DNA of 63,395 nucleotides, filler included, from Choristocarpus tenellus KU-1152 (GCA_964200185.2; 10 parts of 10 records of this genome joined end to end with filler, not necessarily neighbours in it); one strand, 5' to 3'. Shown: positions 27,059 to 40,668, numbered from the whole stretch's first letter. The notes: a model not told the origin generated them from the letters alone. Made by a program: numbers and translations.

Positions 27059-27157
27059 TGTTATTAAACGCCTGCTACGGTATTCGACTCGGCGGTTTGG
27101 TTTGGTTTGGTTTGGTTTGGCTTGGTGGGACTGGTGGGACTGGGTTTGGTGTATCAG

Positions 27158-30100
27158 GTGCACAAGCCCATTTTTTTTTCAACAGGGCCTTTCAGCGAAT
27201 ACACTCATTGGAAGCAGACCGTGTTCTATCTCAGGGAACCCATCACCATCTGCAAGGGAGAGGTCATAGAGGGAAAGATCACTGTTGCTCCAAATAGTAA
27301 GGTGAGGCATGTAAATGGGTACATTGTATATGGTGTAAACGCCTTCGATTGCGGGTCTGATAACAGGCCTTCAAGGTTTTAATGAAAGCAGGTCTTGTTT
27401 TTATGGTGGGGCCGGTGACTGCAGCTGGTCTGATGTGATGTGATCTGGATTGGAAGTTTCCTTCTTTCTGGTGAGTTGGAAGTGTGCAGGTGGTGAAGGG
27501 TATGAGGTTGTGTGTCTACCTCCAAATGGTATGAGCGTATTCTACATATTTTTATTAATACTGTCATCATATTCTACTTATACTGTGATCATATTTTTAT
27601 TATTGCTGTCATAATATTCTACATAAACTGTGGTCATATTTTTATTATTACTTTCATCATATTCTACATATACTGTGGTCATATTTTTATTTTTACTTTC
27701 ATATTCTACATATACTGTGGTCATATTTTTATTATTACTTTCATCACATTCTACATATACTGTGGCCATATTTTTACTCTTGGGTTGTAGTGTGCCTCTG
27801 AGTGAACTGAAACGCTACGCTAACCCCTATTTATGACACTGTTGTGTTTTTCATCTTTTTTCACTGGTATGAATGTATGGAGTAAGAAATGATATGCTTT
27901 GTGTATGAAGTATGGAGTATGAAGTAAGAAGTATGAAGTATGGAGTATGGAGTATGAAGTATGGAGTATGGAGTTGTTGTTTTGTAGTGTCGGGCTTGTG
28001 TCTGGACCTTGTTTGTGTAACACCCATTATTGTTTTATTATTTTCATGTTTGTGGGGGGTATGGCGATGTTGGTGCGTGGTTGCTGCTGTTGCACAGTCT
28101 AGTTTGAGATTTTTAGTACCAAGGGAGATGAAGTATGTGAGTAAGAAAAGTATAGATTGACTGTTAGATACTTGGTTGATTTTTGGAACTGAATTCAGAT
28201 AGTATCCCTAGGTAGCAAGGTTTGACTGTTACAGAAGTAAGCTCGTTCTAAACAGGCTGATGTGGGTGATGGTCTGGGTGACAAAGAAATGTGAGATTTC
28301 ATTGTGTCAAATTTGCACTTGATCTTTTTGAGTTCACTATTGTTTTGGGAGACAGGCTTGGACTTCCTCCTGTTATTAAGGGGACCTCAGATATGGTGTA
28401 TATATATATATAGTCATTTGTTTACTGCTAATTTTGGAATCGGTAGAGGTTTTGTATTGCTGTCGATGGCTTGATGTGGTGATGTTTAGGAAGGGACTAA
28501 GAGTTGGGCATATGGCACGTAGGTTTTGTAACTGTGATGGGTTTCTGGTTGTTTGAGACTGTTGAGACCGCTGAGACTGTCAGAATGGGGGAAAAGTTGG
28601 ATGTAAGTGGGAAGAAGAACGGTGACTGATATTGTAGGATATTGTAGGGTTGTGCATTGAGAAACCCGTCCTGGGAGAGAGTCCATGCTTGGGTGCATTT
28701 TGTGTATGTGGGTAGTGTAGGGATAGTTTTGCAGCGATGTAGGAGTCAAGAAATTAAAATAAAATAAATATGTAGTTATTTAGATCTTTATTGTCGGGAT
28801 GGTCTCGATGTATATCTTGAAGTATTGTGGGGGTACAAGGCAGGGCATGCTGCTTGGAGTCGGAATTTGAATTTTTCATCTTCCCAGCATGCTTCTGTAC
28901 GGAGTTGACCTTGAAGGCCTTGTGATTGGTTTGTCCCCGAGTCAATGGAGGGTTGAAGTATTGAAGTGTTGATGTATATCTTGAAGTATTGAAGTATTTT
29001 GTGCTCATGCGGTCACTAGTAGAAGGTGCCTTTCACTTCTCCATAGGTGTGATACGCTTCCACTCACCTGTTCTAGTATACCCCCCTCCTGGTCTACATG
29101 ATCCTCTAAATCCTCCTTGGTCTCTTCTAACCCTAGTAGGACCTTGTCCTCAGTCCCCAGGGGAGTAAGGCAGTGGTGACTATCCCTTGTCAACGCCTTC
29201 TGCTGTGTACAGTTCTGCTTGGAGTGCTTGTGATGCACCCATCATGAAGTCGATAGACTGAAATGAAGGTGTGCTCAGAAGTCTAATCGAATCAAATCCC
29301 TCGATCTCTGCAGTGCCAAGACCTCGTCCCTCTCCTGCAGTTTGTCAGCGGGATGACCTTGAGAGTTATCTGTGATTCGAACTACAGTTGCCACTTTCAC
29401 AACTCACACCATCCTTCAAGCCATCCTTCAAGCTATTCTTCAAGTGGACCAGATTGAATGATCCTTGAAGGGGAATAGAGAACTTCCAGGTCATTCCAAC
29501 TCCCTCGACAGAAGGCGTTTGCATACCATGCTTGCGCAAGGGGCTGGCGTTGTTGATCTTTTTTGTTAATTCTTAATCTAAGTTTTTTGTTGGCCTCCCT
29601 GTCGTAGACATGGCGATACCAGGTGTTGATAAGCACCAATGATATCGGTGTCATCTTGTTACCAGGGAAATAAATATTGAAATGTAGGGAGGTGGCATAA
29701 GGCTGACCAACAAGCTAACACATTGTCTATCGATTCATGGCAATCACCTCTGGCACACTTGGCAGGTCATAGCAACTCAGTAGTCCACCCCATAATAAGG
29801 CTTTTATTATTATTATTATTATTATTATTTTATCGTTATTGTGACCCCTTCTCCTTTTTGTGCCGCCTCTGAAACCCCTCCACGATCAGAAGATTTTTGT
29901 CAATGGGCATGGTCAGTGGGGGTCTCTCGCTCATGGTGATTTCATTGACGATTGTCTTCCCTCAAGTCCCTTCCTCGTTTTGCTTCCCATGCCACTTTGA
30001 TTCAACTACTCTGCTCTTGTCCCGCCTTGATGTATGAACAACCTCAACCACATAATGGTGAATAGATGTATTTTCCCTTTGCTTTTTTCAAGTCCAGAGG

Positions 30101-32608
30101 GGTACTCCATCTAAATGCAATGAATGCAGCCCTTCCTCTCCCTTGGCTTTTGAGGTGGAATCTTGATTGTACCTCTCTTAGGAAGGAACTTTAGCCTCCT
30201 GAAGATGTTACTCAGGACCTGGTCTGACAGGATAGAGTCAAACATGCGCTCAATTCAATCCAGTCCAGATGAAATTGCCTAAAACGTCTGTTACTCTTTG
30301 TGATCCTGATGTAAGACGTGAACCTCCAGTAGAACAAGCCCTACAGGTGTGAGCTTGCTATGCTTTTCCCGTCGCCTTTTTATTGCCTTTCCCCCCCCTC
30401 CTCTCAACAAAACAGCCCCGTCAAGTATTTAAGTCTCTTCATTCCAACCATCAAAGGCCGTTCTAATCTTAAACTGCCCAGTGGATATCAGAGTGATGAC
30501 AAGAGTCACAGCCTGAAACTGACTGCAGGCACATACTTATGAAGCTCCAGTACAGGGTAAACAGTAGGTGGTGTATTCACGTGAGTCGACAGCACCATTC
30601 TTCAGGTTGAGGCCGCCAAAAGGCATCCTTGACCTCCTCCCTAAGTTCCCACTCTTCATCCTTCTCAGTCATGTTCAGATTCAATCCCTTCTTCTGGGAG
30701 CATTGTAGCTTTGGTCTTGCCTTGATTCAAACTGACCCTAACCCTAACCATCATCATTGCAATCACAACTTGACTGCTCTCCTTCCCTCCTTTGAGGTGG
30801 CCATGAATCGGCCAGTGGGCAAACCCTCCAAGAGTCCATTTACGAAATCCCAGTGGGGGATGACATACACATCGTCAGTGATATTGAATAGAGGCAAAGT
30901 ACAAATTACTATGTAGTACCTCATAGCTGATTGAAGAAGAATACATTATTTTGGCTTGAAATATCTGGAGGGACTGGCAGCTGTCCATTTGGGGTCAATT
31001 TTTCCATGTTGTGATTTTTGCGTGACCTGGTTGCATGCATTGGATGGATAGTGTAAGTGCATTTTTCCTGGTCATGCCCTGAATGGATACCCTGGTGTAG
31101 AATCCTCTCCCCCCCCCCACAGATACTTTGAGACTTTTCTCAAATGTCATCCAGTCGAAATTACTCAGTGCCCAAATAGACAATCTTCAAACTTACATCT
31201 CAACTTCCACCTGCAACTATGGAACCGCCAGGACTTACTTCACTGCAGACGACAAGTCTACCCCTGGAATGCCAAGATATTTTCTTTCCAATTTGGTACT
31301 TGGAGTCTATAGGTTGTGAGGACCTCCCTAGTATATACATCGTATATACAAGGAAAGGGTGACGTACAAAATGAAATTTCGGATAAAAAAAAAGAAGAAA
31401 ATATTTATATTTATTTGTTGGCTCCTTCAGGAGTACTTGAAAGAAACCCATTTGACTTTTGGAAAACGGCACTTTCGGAAACCTCTGTAGTGTTGGTGGT
31501 AGTATAATGCGATAAATATGGGTATTTGGTTTTTGAAGATGAGTAAGAAATGTGAATTTGATTCGTTTGAAGGAGGTTGTTGATTGCAGTATGCCTTTGT
31601 CTACCCCGCTTTTAACCTGTTTAGATGGTCCTAACTCAGGGACCCAGCAACATCATTTTGGAGATCTGATATGAGGCCATGATGCCTGCCACAGTTGCGA
31701 GGAAGAGAGTAGTCTGAAAGTGTAGAATTGAAGATATCCATTTTCGTTTGTATTGGTGTAGGACCTCTACTGTGATGTAATATCAACGCATTTGTTGACC
31801 ACATTACTGTAGGTTGCCTTCAGATTTTTGACAGGATGGTGTCCAGGAAGTCACTCAAATGGCTTGAGCTGGGGGGGGGTGGTCGGGGGTGGTCCTAGTT
31901 CTCAAGAATTTTAGTTTTCTAATCAGCATTATCCTGGTTTTCTTGCATGCCTGACATATTCTGTAGTGAGAAGAGACAAGCATTATCATCGCCATTCACA
32001 ATGTTAGGAGTAAGATTCGTCTCCTGAGCTGTCCATATCTACCCTCTGGTAGTAGAAAAGAGGAGCAGGAAATACGCTTCATGTCAGGGGAGGAGATAAG
32101 GGTTGGTAAACATTATTGCTTTGTGTTTTCAGAGGAAACTACTTCCGAGTATCTTGGTTTTATATATCTCCGTGTGTTGAGTTATTTCCAACTGTGAATG
32201 CTCTTGTGCTTATGTGACAAGAGTCCATATATATGTTCTTCCTTATGTTTGTGTTTAGCGAAGGTTGAGGCCATGGTCGCATAATCTCCTGCTATATATT
32301 CACTGCTTCAGTAAGTGCTCTCCAGAAATGACTGCAGGGGTGTCCATCCCCTTGAGAAAGCATCAACCCCCGCTTCTACGCAAAATATAGTTTGTGGGCA
32401 AAAGTATGTTTTGGGGCAAAAGTATGTTTTGGGGCAAAAGTATGTTTTTGGGCAATTAACGTCTCGTTCCCCTCCCCCCCCCCCCCCCTCCCTTCAAAAC
32501 TGTTGCCATCAAACGCAGAACCCACGCGACCTGGACATTAGCCTGCAGTTGGATTTTGATGGTTCGAACATGTCCCTGCACACGACACAAGAGTATCGCC
32601 TTCGGTAG
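27158..32608 (+). CDS. PRMT1: Protein arginine N-methyltransferase 1-like, last two exons
   Basis: Exon 27158-27301 VHKPIFFSTGPFSEYTHWKQTVFYLREPITICKGEVIEGKITVAPNSK (THW loop) and exon 32519-32608 NPRDLDISLQLDFDGSNMSLHTTQEYRLR*, joined by a phase-0 GT-AG intron of 5.2 kb. Confidence 0.9.
27559..27780. repeat. About 45-bp AT-rich minisatellite x5 in the PRMT1 intron
   Basis: Unit tactgtggtcatatttttattattactttcatcatattctacata at 27581, 27626, 27671, 27713 and 27758. Confidence 0.9.
27903..27973. repeat. 7-bp tandem repeat (GTATGRA)n
   Basis: gtatgaa / gtatgga units repeated about ten times. Confidence 0.85.
29050..30600 (-). mobile_element. Possible highly decayed LTR-retrotransposon (gag-like) remnant in the PRMT1 intron
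   Basis: Minus strand gives gag-like IERMFDSILSDQVLSNIFRRL (about 30200-30260), an RGG/Asn-rich stretch (about 29800-29885), and a purine run ggagggggg followed by tatactag (about 29075-29090) resembling a PPT-LTR junction. No RT motif found. Confidence 0.3.
30953..31134 (-). mobile_element. MITE family A, complete inverted copy, TSD TTTT
   Basis: ggcttgaaatatctgg ... cagatactttgagac, flanked by tttt on both sides. Confidence 0.8.
32393..32455. repeat. 18-bp tandem repeat x3
   Basis: ggggcaaaagtatgtttt repeated about three times upstream of the PRMT1 last-exon acceptor. Confidence 0.85.
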
Positions 32609-34255
32609 GGGTGTAGGCATCCCCGCTGCCTCTGAAGGCTCTTCTTGAGTAGCAGGGAGATGCATGGGGTTGTGTGCAATCTTTTGGCTGCTTCTGAATG
32701 GCAGGATTGTGCGATGCATGTTTTTATGTTTTATTATGGTGATTTCACACACATCGTGGTGGTGGCACTTGTGCTACTCTTTATACCACAGCTTGGAAGT
32801 CATTTTTTATTTATGTTTTTAGAAAGACTGGGTCATTCGTGCATGCATTTCATCCCCCCTTATCCCAGTCGAAATAATTGTAGGTGTGGTTAAACTCTGC
32901 ACTTCTCTTTCTGCTGTCGGAAAGGAGGGAGGAGGAGGGGCTGCCTATTGTGATGCCCTGTTGTTGTCCGGTACATAGACATGAGAAGAGATTCGGTTCA
33001 CACAGATGACCGATAGGACACACGAACCCATTTGTTTCTATGTAGGTATGTTTGAGAGTATATACACTAGGGGGCGTTCTAATATGCAAATTGAAAAAAA
33101 GCATTGTCACTCTGCATGCATTTTTGTAATAGAGTTCTTGTTGGTTCAACAGAGTTCTTATTTCCATTCTTCGTTTGTCCCATATTTAAGTTTGTGTCTA
33201 TCTTGGTCGTTTCTTTGTTGAGGAGGCAATGTGTCTCTAAATACACAATATCTATAATAGTATTGTAGTAATAAATAGGAGCTCTGTAGAAATGCAAGTT
33301 AGGGTGTAGGGTACATGTTGGTATAAAAACCATATTGGAACTCGAAGTATGTATTTTCACACTTTCATATGATAGTGATGTGAATCGTAACAATTCATTG
33401 GCTACGATTCGATTGAATCGCGATTATCAGAACCGAACGTCGACGGGTGTTTTTCGATATGTTACTTTCTTCCCCTCAGTGTTTCGCATTGTGTATTTTG
33501 CCAACAGTTTTTTGTAAATTGGGCATAATATCGAAGTATTTCGAGAGTATTTAACCATACTCATGATGGCTTTCGATTCATAGCAGTATTAATAACTTCA
33601 CCTCATAAAATGTAACACCCAACACTAGGCTTACCATAGAATGATCCAAACCAATTGCGAGGTAGGCAGGTTGGACCCTTTTGCATTCTAAGCTATCTTT
33701 CTTACCCTGTACAATACACTCTATTTCATTCCGTCATGTGCACAATGGTGTACAAAATTGATATTCCCTTTCCAAACACAAAGTGACCCTGTGTTTCAGC
33801 AAGGGCTCTTTCTCCAATTGCACAAAATTGTATCTTTAGCCCTTTCTTACGATCCTTATAATGCAGTTTTGCCTACCTCTCAATTGGTTTGACTCATTTC
33901 CCAACCATATTCAGTGTCCATTACAATGTTAGGGTCGGTTTCCTCTGTAAATTCCATTACAAGGACGACGGTTGGGGTCCAGTTTCTCTATCACGCCGGT
34001 TGGTCATCCAGCATCATGAAGGCTGCCCCTGTGGTAGAACCTGCGGAGGTGATACCTCCCCTCTTCCTTTCCCCCTCCACGACAAACTTGAGAGAAATCA
34101 AACTGTGCATGTCCTCCCATCCTTCTTCAACAGACACCCTTGTGTCTACAGTCTANNNNNNNNNNNNNNNNNNNNNNNNNNNNNNNNNNNNNNNNNNNNT
34201 TAATTAATTAANNNNNNNNNNNNNNNNNNNNNNNNNNNNNNNNNNNNNNNNNNNN

Positions 34256-34697
34256 CAACCTCAATATCATGGACCTGTGCTTCTTCAGGTCTTTGAAATG
34301 CCGGGTAATGGGGAAGCGATTTGGGTTCGTCGAGGAGATGGTGAAGGTCATTAAGAAACAGTATGAGGAGTATGATGAAACCACACTTGAGAGGGCTTGG
34401 CAGCTCCTTTTTGTGGTGTACAATCAAGTACTTAGATACAAAGGAGGGAATGACTTCAGTGTGGAGCACACAGGGGTAAGGAAGAGGCAGTTGTCTGATT
34501 AGCTTGAAAACACGCCGAAGGTAGACATGGAGGCTTTTTCTGTGGCTGATAAATTATGAGGGCTGGGGAGTAATAATAATAAAAAGAGGTTACCCTAACC
34601 AGAAATTCGTCAAGGATTCCAAATCTTCTTTCAGAAATGAATTTCATCATCTTCAAAGTTATGGACAACGCGGCACAGACTTATGGCACGGAGGTAG
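34256..34697 (+). mobile_element. 3' end of a plant-type (DD39D-like) mariner: transposase C-terminus plus right TIR
   Basis: NLNIMDLCFFRSLKCRV...VEEMVKVIKKQYEEYDETTLERAWQLLFVVYNQVLRYKGGNDFSVEHTGVRKRQ* matches the plant-mariner pattern DLNVLDLGFF...GGNDY.IPH. Ends in acagacttatggcacggaggtag followed by TA. Confidence 0.8.
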
Positions 34698-34739
34698 TAA
34701 AATAACATTTGGAAGTTCCATTTTCGCTAGGGAATGACC

Positions 34740-35916
34740 CACGTCATAATAAACCCTCTGGACGAGGCTTGGTTCTCATTTAGTTTGGGAGCCGTGCAAA
34801 GTTTGACATGGTGGGCTGTCATGACTGAGGATCACCATTGCAAAGTCAACCAAGTAACATTTGTTGGAATTCAAAAACCTTGTGAAACTGTCAAAGTGGG
34901 TGCTTATTAGGGATGCCGAGGACAAAGGCCCCCCATTGTTCGAACTGCTCGCTCATCCTGTCATCACCCATCAGTCTCAATTCTTCAGTCCAGAAGTTGT
35001 CTGGGATCTACGATCTAACACCCCGACTAAGAACAGTGTGATGGCACTTCGGTAAGGTGTGTACCTGCATCCCACTGAGGACCCCTCTAAGCCCTCACGG
35101 GCACAGAATAAGTGTTACATTACAAATTTGATGTTTCTTGCAGCTGTGGCCATCCCTGGGGAGCGAAAGTCGGGATCTGGACAATTGTGGACACTAGAGT
35201 CACTCAGTGCTCCAGCAAACACTGCTCCAAGGGCATCGAGGTACTTGTGCCAGCACAGTGGACAAGGAGAGGTATTAATAGCTCATGGTCGAGGATGTAG
35301 TCTCAGCAATCAAGGCCCACATGCCTAGGCTGGTAGGACACACCATCTTCGTGCAGCAGAACAGGGCAAAGGAACACACCAAGGGAAGGATCATGGAGGA
35401 TATCAAGGAGGTGGCAGGGGATGACATTGTCATAGAGACCCAGCCAGCCAAGTCACCTGACCTCAACATTAATGACATGGCATTCTTTCATTCCATCCAG
35501 CAACTGAAGGGAGACGTGGGGTTACCAACACAGAGGATCTGGTGGAGGCCACAATGTAGGCGTTCAATGTTTACCACAGCGTGTCTGGCAGAGCGTGTTC
35601 ACAGTCTACGGTGAAGAGCTGGGATTCAAGGGTGGCGTCTTAAAGCCCCCCATCTTAGCAAGGAAAAAGCTGAGAAGGCAAGTAAGCTCCCCCCGAATGC
35701 CCTGGTGGATGCAGCAAATACCTTGCTGGAATAGAGGTTTGGAGGGCTTCGGGGGTGGAATCATATAGGTGTAGGCTGCCCCATTTTGGATAGATTTTAG
35801 CGGGCAGCCTTATAGTGTCTGTATAATAAACCCATATAATATGAACATGTGAAAAAAAAAAAGTGCTTCATCGGGCTACAAAATTCGTGTTTACATGTAA
35901 TTCCAAACAAAGGAAG
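34740..35916 (+). mobile_element. Internally deleted, degenerate plant-type mariner
   Basis: Peptides YITNLMFLAAVAIP, KVGIW, IFVQQNRAKEH and QPAKSPDLNINDMAFFHSIQQL, in shifted frames. 34753-35000 is homologous to 62627-62880. Right end ...catgtaattccaaacaaaggaag + TA is the inverse of the left TIR at 62540. Confidence 0.8.
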
Positions 35917-37172
35917 TACTAACTTTTGTAACGAACGTTTTAAAAACTATGACAACTTGACAAGAAGGGATAAGGTTACGCGTTGCACTTCTTTTCTTAC
36001 TATGGTAACTAAACACTGCACTCCAACCATTTGTACTACCTCCGTTCTTGCCTTGTTTCTCGCGCATTGGATTCAGTCACCCCGCCGCTTGTCGCTCTGC
36101 CTCCTCCCTCAAATGTTATACTGGACCCCTACCCTGGTGCCAGTCGGCACTGAAGTCTTCCATTGACACCTTGTTGTTCGTCCAGCTTTCTTGTGATATA
36201 GTGGCAAATGCGATAGTACAGGGGTACAATCTGTAGTACTTACCTCTTGGACTATGGAAAGTTGAAAACACATTTCCATGAAAGAAATCTGGCATCGATA
36301 TGGTTCATACCCTCGAAGTTCATGCAGGGCACAAAGCCTCAATAAAACACCCCTCTCTGCTCCACAAAATGAGATACTGCACGATAGCAAGTGACAGCGC
36401 CATGCACCTCCCTTGGACGTGTGTCTTCCGCTTAACTAACAGAATTATACTGTACTAGACACTAAAACAGATGCAAGTAACGGAAGGACGAAGTTGTATT
36501 GTAGAAATAGGTACCAATACATGCTAGGAAGTCATGTTCATCTATCGGCACCGTATGGAAGGCCTCTCTGTTTTGACCTGGTCCATGTGTGGTTGTGCTT
36601 GAGGGAATTTAGGTTACTGAAGAGTCCAACAGGATTTACACTTCACGCTGGTGACCACTACCTCACGCACTCTCATTTGTCCTGTACGAGGATATCATTT
36701 TAGTGAATTTACGCGTCAATGAGTCAGACCAACTGAGAGATAGGGAGAGTTGCATTCTAAGGACCCTGACAAAGGGGAAAAAAACCGCTAATTTGTACAA
36801 TTGTAGAAAGAGGTTTGGTGAGTTGTGGTGTCATTTGTCTGTGGAAATGGAGAATATCATTTTTGTAGTACACTATTGTGCAAATAAAGGAATGAAATAG
36901 AGCGTATTGCCCAGAGAAAGAATCATGGCTTGGAATGCAAAAGGATCCAAACCTGCTTACTGCTTGCATTGGTTTGCCCAATGTTATTCTGAATGGTGAT
37001 TAGTGAAAAGCAATTTTCACCATTATATCATTTTAGAATGACGATTATACAAATTGGGAAGGTAAACATGGATTCCGATTGGTTCAGCCTTGTCATTGGT
37101 TGATTATATTCCCTTACGTATCAGAACAGAACTCCACTTTTTTCACTTTGGATTGTTGTTTTTCTCTGAGGA

Positions 37173-37348
37173 GACCCAAAGTATCTGGGTGGGGGGGTCT
37201 ACACCAGGGTGTCCATTTGGGGCAAATCAGAAAAATTGCATTTGCATTATCCATCCGATGTATCCAACCAAATCATCCAAAAACTGCGACATGAAAAAAT
37301 TGACCCCAAATGGACAGCCGCCACCCCACCCCCCAGATACTTTGAGCC
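37173..37348 (+). mobile_element. MITE family A, complete copy, TSD AGGA
   Basis: gacccaaagtatctggg ... cccagatactttgagcc; AGGA at 37169-37172 and 37349-37352. Confidence 0.9.
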
Positions 37349-39021
37349 AGGAAATTGGAACATATTGACCATCGAGAAGGCTGAACAATAATAGAAATCC
37401 ATTTTAACCCTTCTAATTTGGTCTAAATACTATAGTATAAAATTATGGTCTGAAATTTTTAAAAAGTTCTGTATGCTAGTTTAGTTTGGGGAAATTCAAA
37501 CATATTCCACCTACAACAAGACTACATCCATATTTTATCATCCATTTTAACCCTTCCAATTTCGTATAATTATCATCATACAGAATTTATTGGATTGAAA
37601 ATTTCAGTAAGTTTTTCTGTTTGTTTGGGCAAAATCAAATATAGACTCTATGAAGACTGAATCAATCATGTGTAATCAATCCTTAACCCTTCTGATTTTG
37701 TATAATTGCCACCTTGTAACATATATATATAGAATAATGGTCTGCGACTTTTTTCCTGTTCATGAGTGGGTGTATATCCCTGATTCTGGTCAGCTTTTCG
37801 CTTGTCTCCTGTACTCCAACACCTTCCATTCAGAAGAGAAAAGAGGGAAATTAAGGACAACTCTCCAAGGGTACAATAGATAGATGTGACACGCCAATAT
37901 GCAGTGACCAAAGCAAACCAATGCTTCTTCCCTTTCTTTCAGTACGATATGATACTCAGCAACTACTGCTACTACTGAGGATAGGGTGATGGGCCCGTGC
38001 ATGTAATTGGACTTCTGCACATCTTCCATATATATACTCATTCATCTAACAGACGATATACCTAGTACTATGGATAGAGCTCTATTTAGAAATACTGAAG
38101 GCAGAAGCTAAAGCCTCAACTAGCAGAAGATGCCCTCTTTTATTACGAAGTAGTTCATAAACCACTGGTAGTTCATTCATGAATCAAGGAGGAAAACCCA
38201 GAACAATGATTGAGAGATTAGTTACTCCGGACAGCCATCCCTCCTACCTAGTTTCAACGAATGGAGGCCTATTGTAGTTGTGAGGCAACAGACCCAACAG
38301 GTCAGAGGTAACAAGGAGAACCAATGAATGAACAAATATTCCAATTAGTACGTATGATATGACGGAAATGTTGCAAGTACAAATAACAAGCAACGTTTTT
38401 GTTCCTAAGCCATCAAGACCAACTTGCACACCAAACAGGAGACTTGAACAACGCTTTTCATCAGATTTCGCTGCAGGGAAATAAACAGGGATAGCATCAT
38501 GCCTCCTCACTTGTTAGAGCCGTCCCTGGCCCTCTTTGCTCACGAAAAATCAATCGCTTTCACCACACGCAGTAACTTCTTCCATATTATATGTAGTGTT
38601 GTAGGGTGTTTCACAAAGTGTTTTTGGAACACATGGATGGGTGGTTCGTCCCCACTGCTGCTTGGCACTCGGCAGGGGATCATTGCACATCACCCACGGA
38701 CTCATCTAAGAAAGACGATGCCTGCAATGGATACAAGATGTACCATTGTACTTCCTAGATGCAGCAACAAGAGATAGATGTAGTGACTAGTTTGTATGAT
38801 ACTAGCATGTCATTACTGGCACATTATTTTTGTCTGGGACAAGAAACCCAGCTTGACCCATTATCAGAGGAACTACACTGAAGTTACTGCTTCTCCGTTC
38901 TCAGCAGTTACTTCGGGGTACAAACTAATTTGCTCACGACAACTAGTTGCACTGGCCCATGCTTGCCTTGCCCTTTTCTCGCATATTGGGCTCTGCCATC
39001 CCACCACTCATTGCTCCACCT

Positions 39022-39200
39022 GGCTCAAAGTATCTGGGGTGTGTGTGTGTGGCGGCTGTCCATTCGGGGCCCATTGTTCCATGTTGCTATTTTGGGTTGA
39101 TTTGGTTTCATGCATCGGATGGATAATATTATATAAGGTCACTTTTCCTGATCAGGGCCCGAGTGGACGCCCTGATGTAACCTCCCCCCCCCCCCCCCCC
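39022..39200 (-). mobile_element. MITE family A running into poly-C near the contig end
   Basis: ggctcaaagtatctgggg...ggcggctgtccattcggggccc... matches family A along its length. Confidence 0.75.
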
Positions 39201-40105
39201 CCCCCCTTCCTCCCCCCCCCCCCCCCCCCCTCCCTTTATTCCCTTCCCCCCCCCGGTTCCCTNNNNNNNNNNNNNNNNNNNNNNNNNNNNNNNNNNNNNN
39301 NNNNNNTTAATTAATTAANNNNNNNNNNNNNNNNNNNNNNNNNNNNNNNNNNNNNNNNNNNNCCCCCACCTCCCCCCCTGAGCACGCATGTTTGCCATCA
39401 GCTGAGGCCCCGTAATCCTATTTGGGAACCCCAGAAAGTTGTCCACCTTTCCACATCACATGACATCAACACACACATAAACAAACAACAGGCAAAGAGA
39501 CATATTCACATCCAAAGCCAATACATGAACAGTACAAATATAGGTGGACATCGGCCCTTTCATAGACTACCTTGTGTCCAATGGTGCATGATCTGGTAGT
39601 GTCCTCAACACGAATATTGTGGAGAAGACATACAACTCATGCCAAGTGAGTAACCAAGTTCCAGTAAGTCACGGTGCAGCTTTAAAGCATATCCCACCTC
39701 CTCAGACGGATGAGGTCCATGGGTTGAAACTAAGACGCAGCACTGCATCCTACATAGCATGGCATTTGTCTCATATCCTTGCTCCAGATGGCATGTATCA
39801 AAACAAATTCTCTCCACATCCATCTCCCCTTTCTTTGGAAAGGTCTGCTGTCAAACACGAAGGTCTTCTGTCCTTGCTCCCTATGCCAACACCCTACACC
39901 ATCCAAAATGCATCGTCCTGCAGCATGGTGCTGGCTCCTACTAGGTACATTCTTAGTACTTATAGTGGTATCACTTGCCCTCAACGTGTCTGAATGCCTG
40001 GTTGTGCTCTTGCCGTTCAAAACGGTTGTATCTAGCAGGTGACTACTTACCTCTATTTTCTTCTGGGCAGTTCTTCCCGAATGCAACTATTAGAATTGAT
40101 ATTAA

Positions 40106-40668
40106 CTTCCTCTGTCCCATAGGTCTCGACCGGTAAGGTTTTTTGTTACAAACTTTTACAAATGTGAGACGCAGAAACTACAAATAATATCCATCGATAA
40201 CCAACAACTTCGACTTGCCCATAGATACCTTCAGATATGTTTTCATTTCGAAATGATTGAGAAACCGACCCCTAAACACAAATTTTCATTTTAGGAAATG
40301 GCACATTTACCAAAAACAGCAAAACCGGACAAAAATGACTTGAAAATATGGTCAATCAATCATAACGTCTCAACGAGACCTCCGATGAAGACGCGTAGAG
40401 TTCCGTTGGATTCCTTGGCGTTTTGGGGTTTAAATTATGTACTCGTCACTCTCAGTTCCTCCCTCAATCCACCAAGTTGTGGTCACATTGTACGCGTTCC
40501 TGTCAATGGAGACCAAGTCATCCAGAACGACCTCGGGAGAAAATGCGAGTGTCTATGACTAAGTCGAAGTTATTGGCTATCCAAGGATATTATTTGTAGG
40601 GTCTGAATCTCACATTTGAAAATGTTAATCACAAAACACAAAGATACAGACTTATGGGACAGAGGGAG
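40106..40668. mobile_element. Stowaway-like MITE (about 560 bp) with about 120-bp imperfect TIRs
   Basis: Left cttcctctgtcccata...acaaatgtgagacgcagaaactacaaataatatcc...aacttcgactt is the inverse of right aagtcgaagtt...ggatattatttgtagggtctgaatctcacatttg...tatgggacagagggag, followed by TA. CTCCCTCYGT termini with TA are Stowaway hallmarks. Confidence 0.85.

Noticed and set aside
27559-27780. CRISPR-like periodic array and its repetitive ORFs (27512, 27578, 27630)
   Set aside because: Units are contiguous with no unique spacers, there are no cas genes, and it lies in a eukaryotic intron; a minisatellite.
31316-31507. NPFDFWK resembling the hAT dimerisation motif
   Set aside because: A single short motif with no other hAT features.
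36000-36200. Possible RTE-like LINE 3' remnant, similar to 38950-39020
   Set aside because: The similarity between the two sites is real but short, and the peptide match is too weak to classify.
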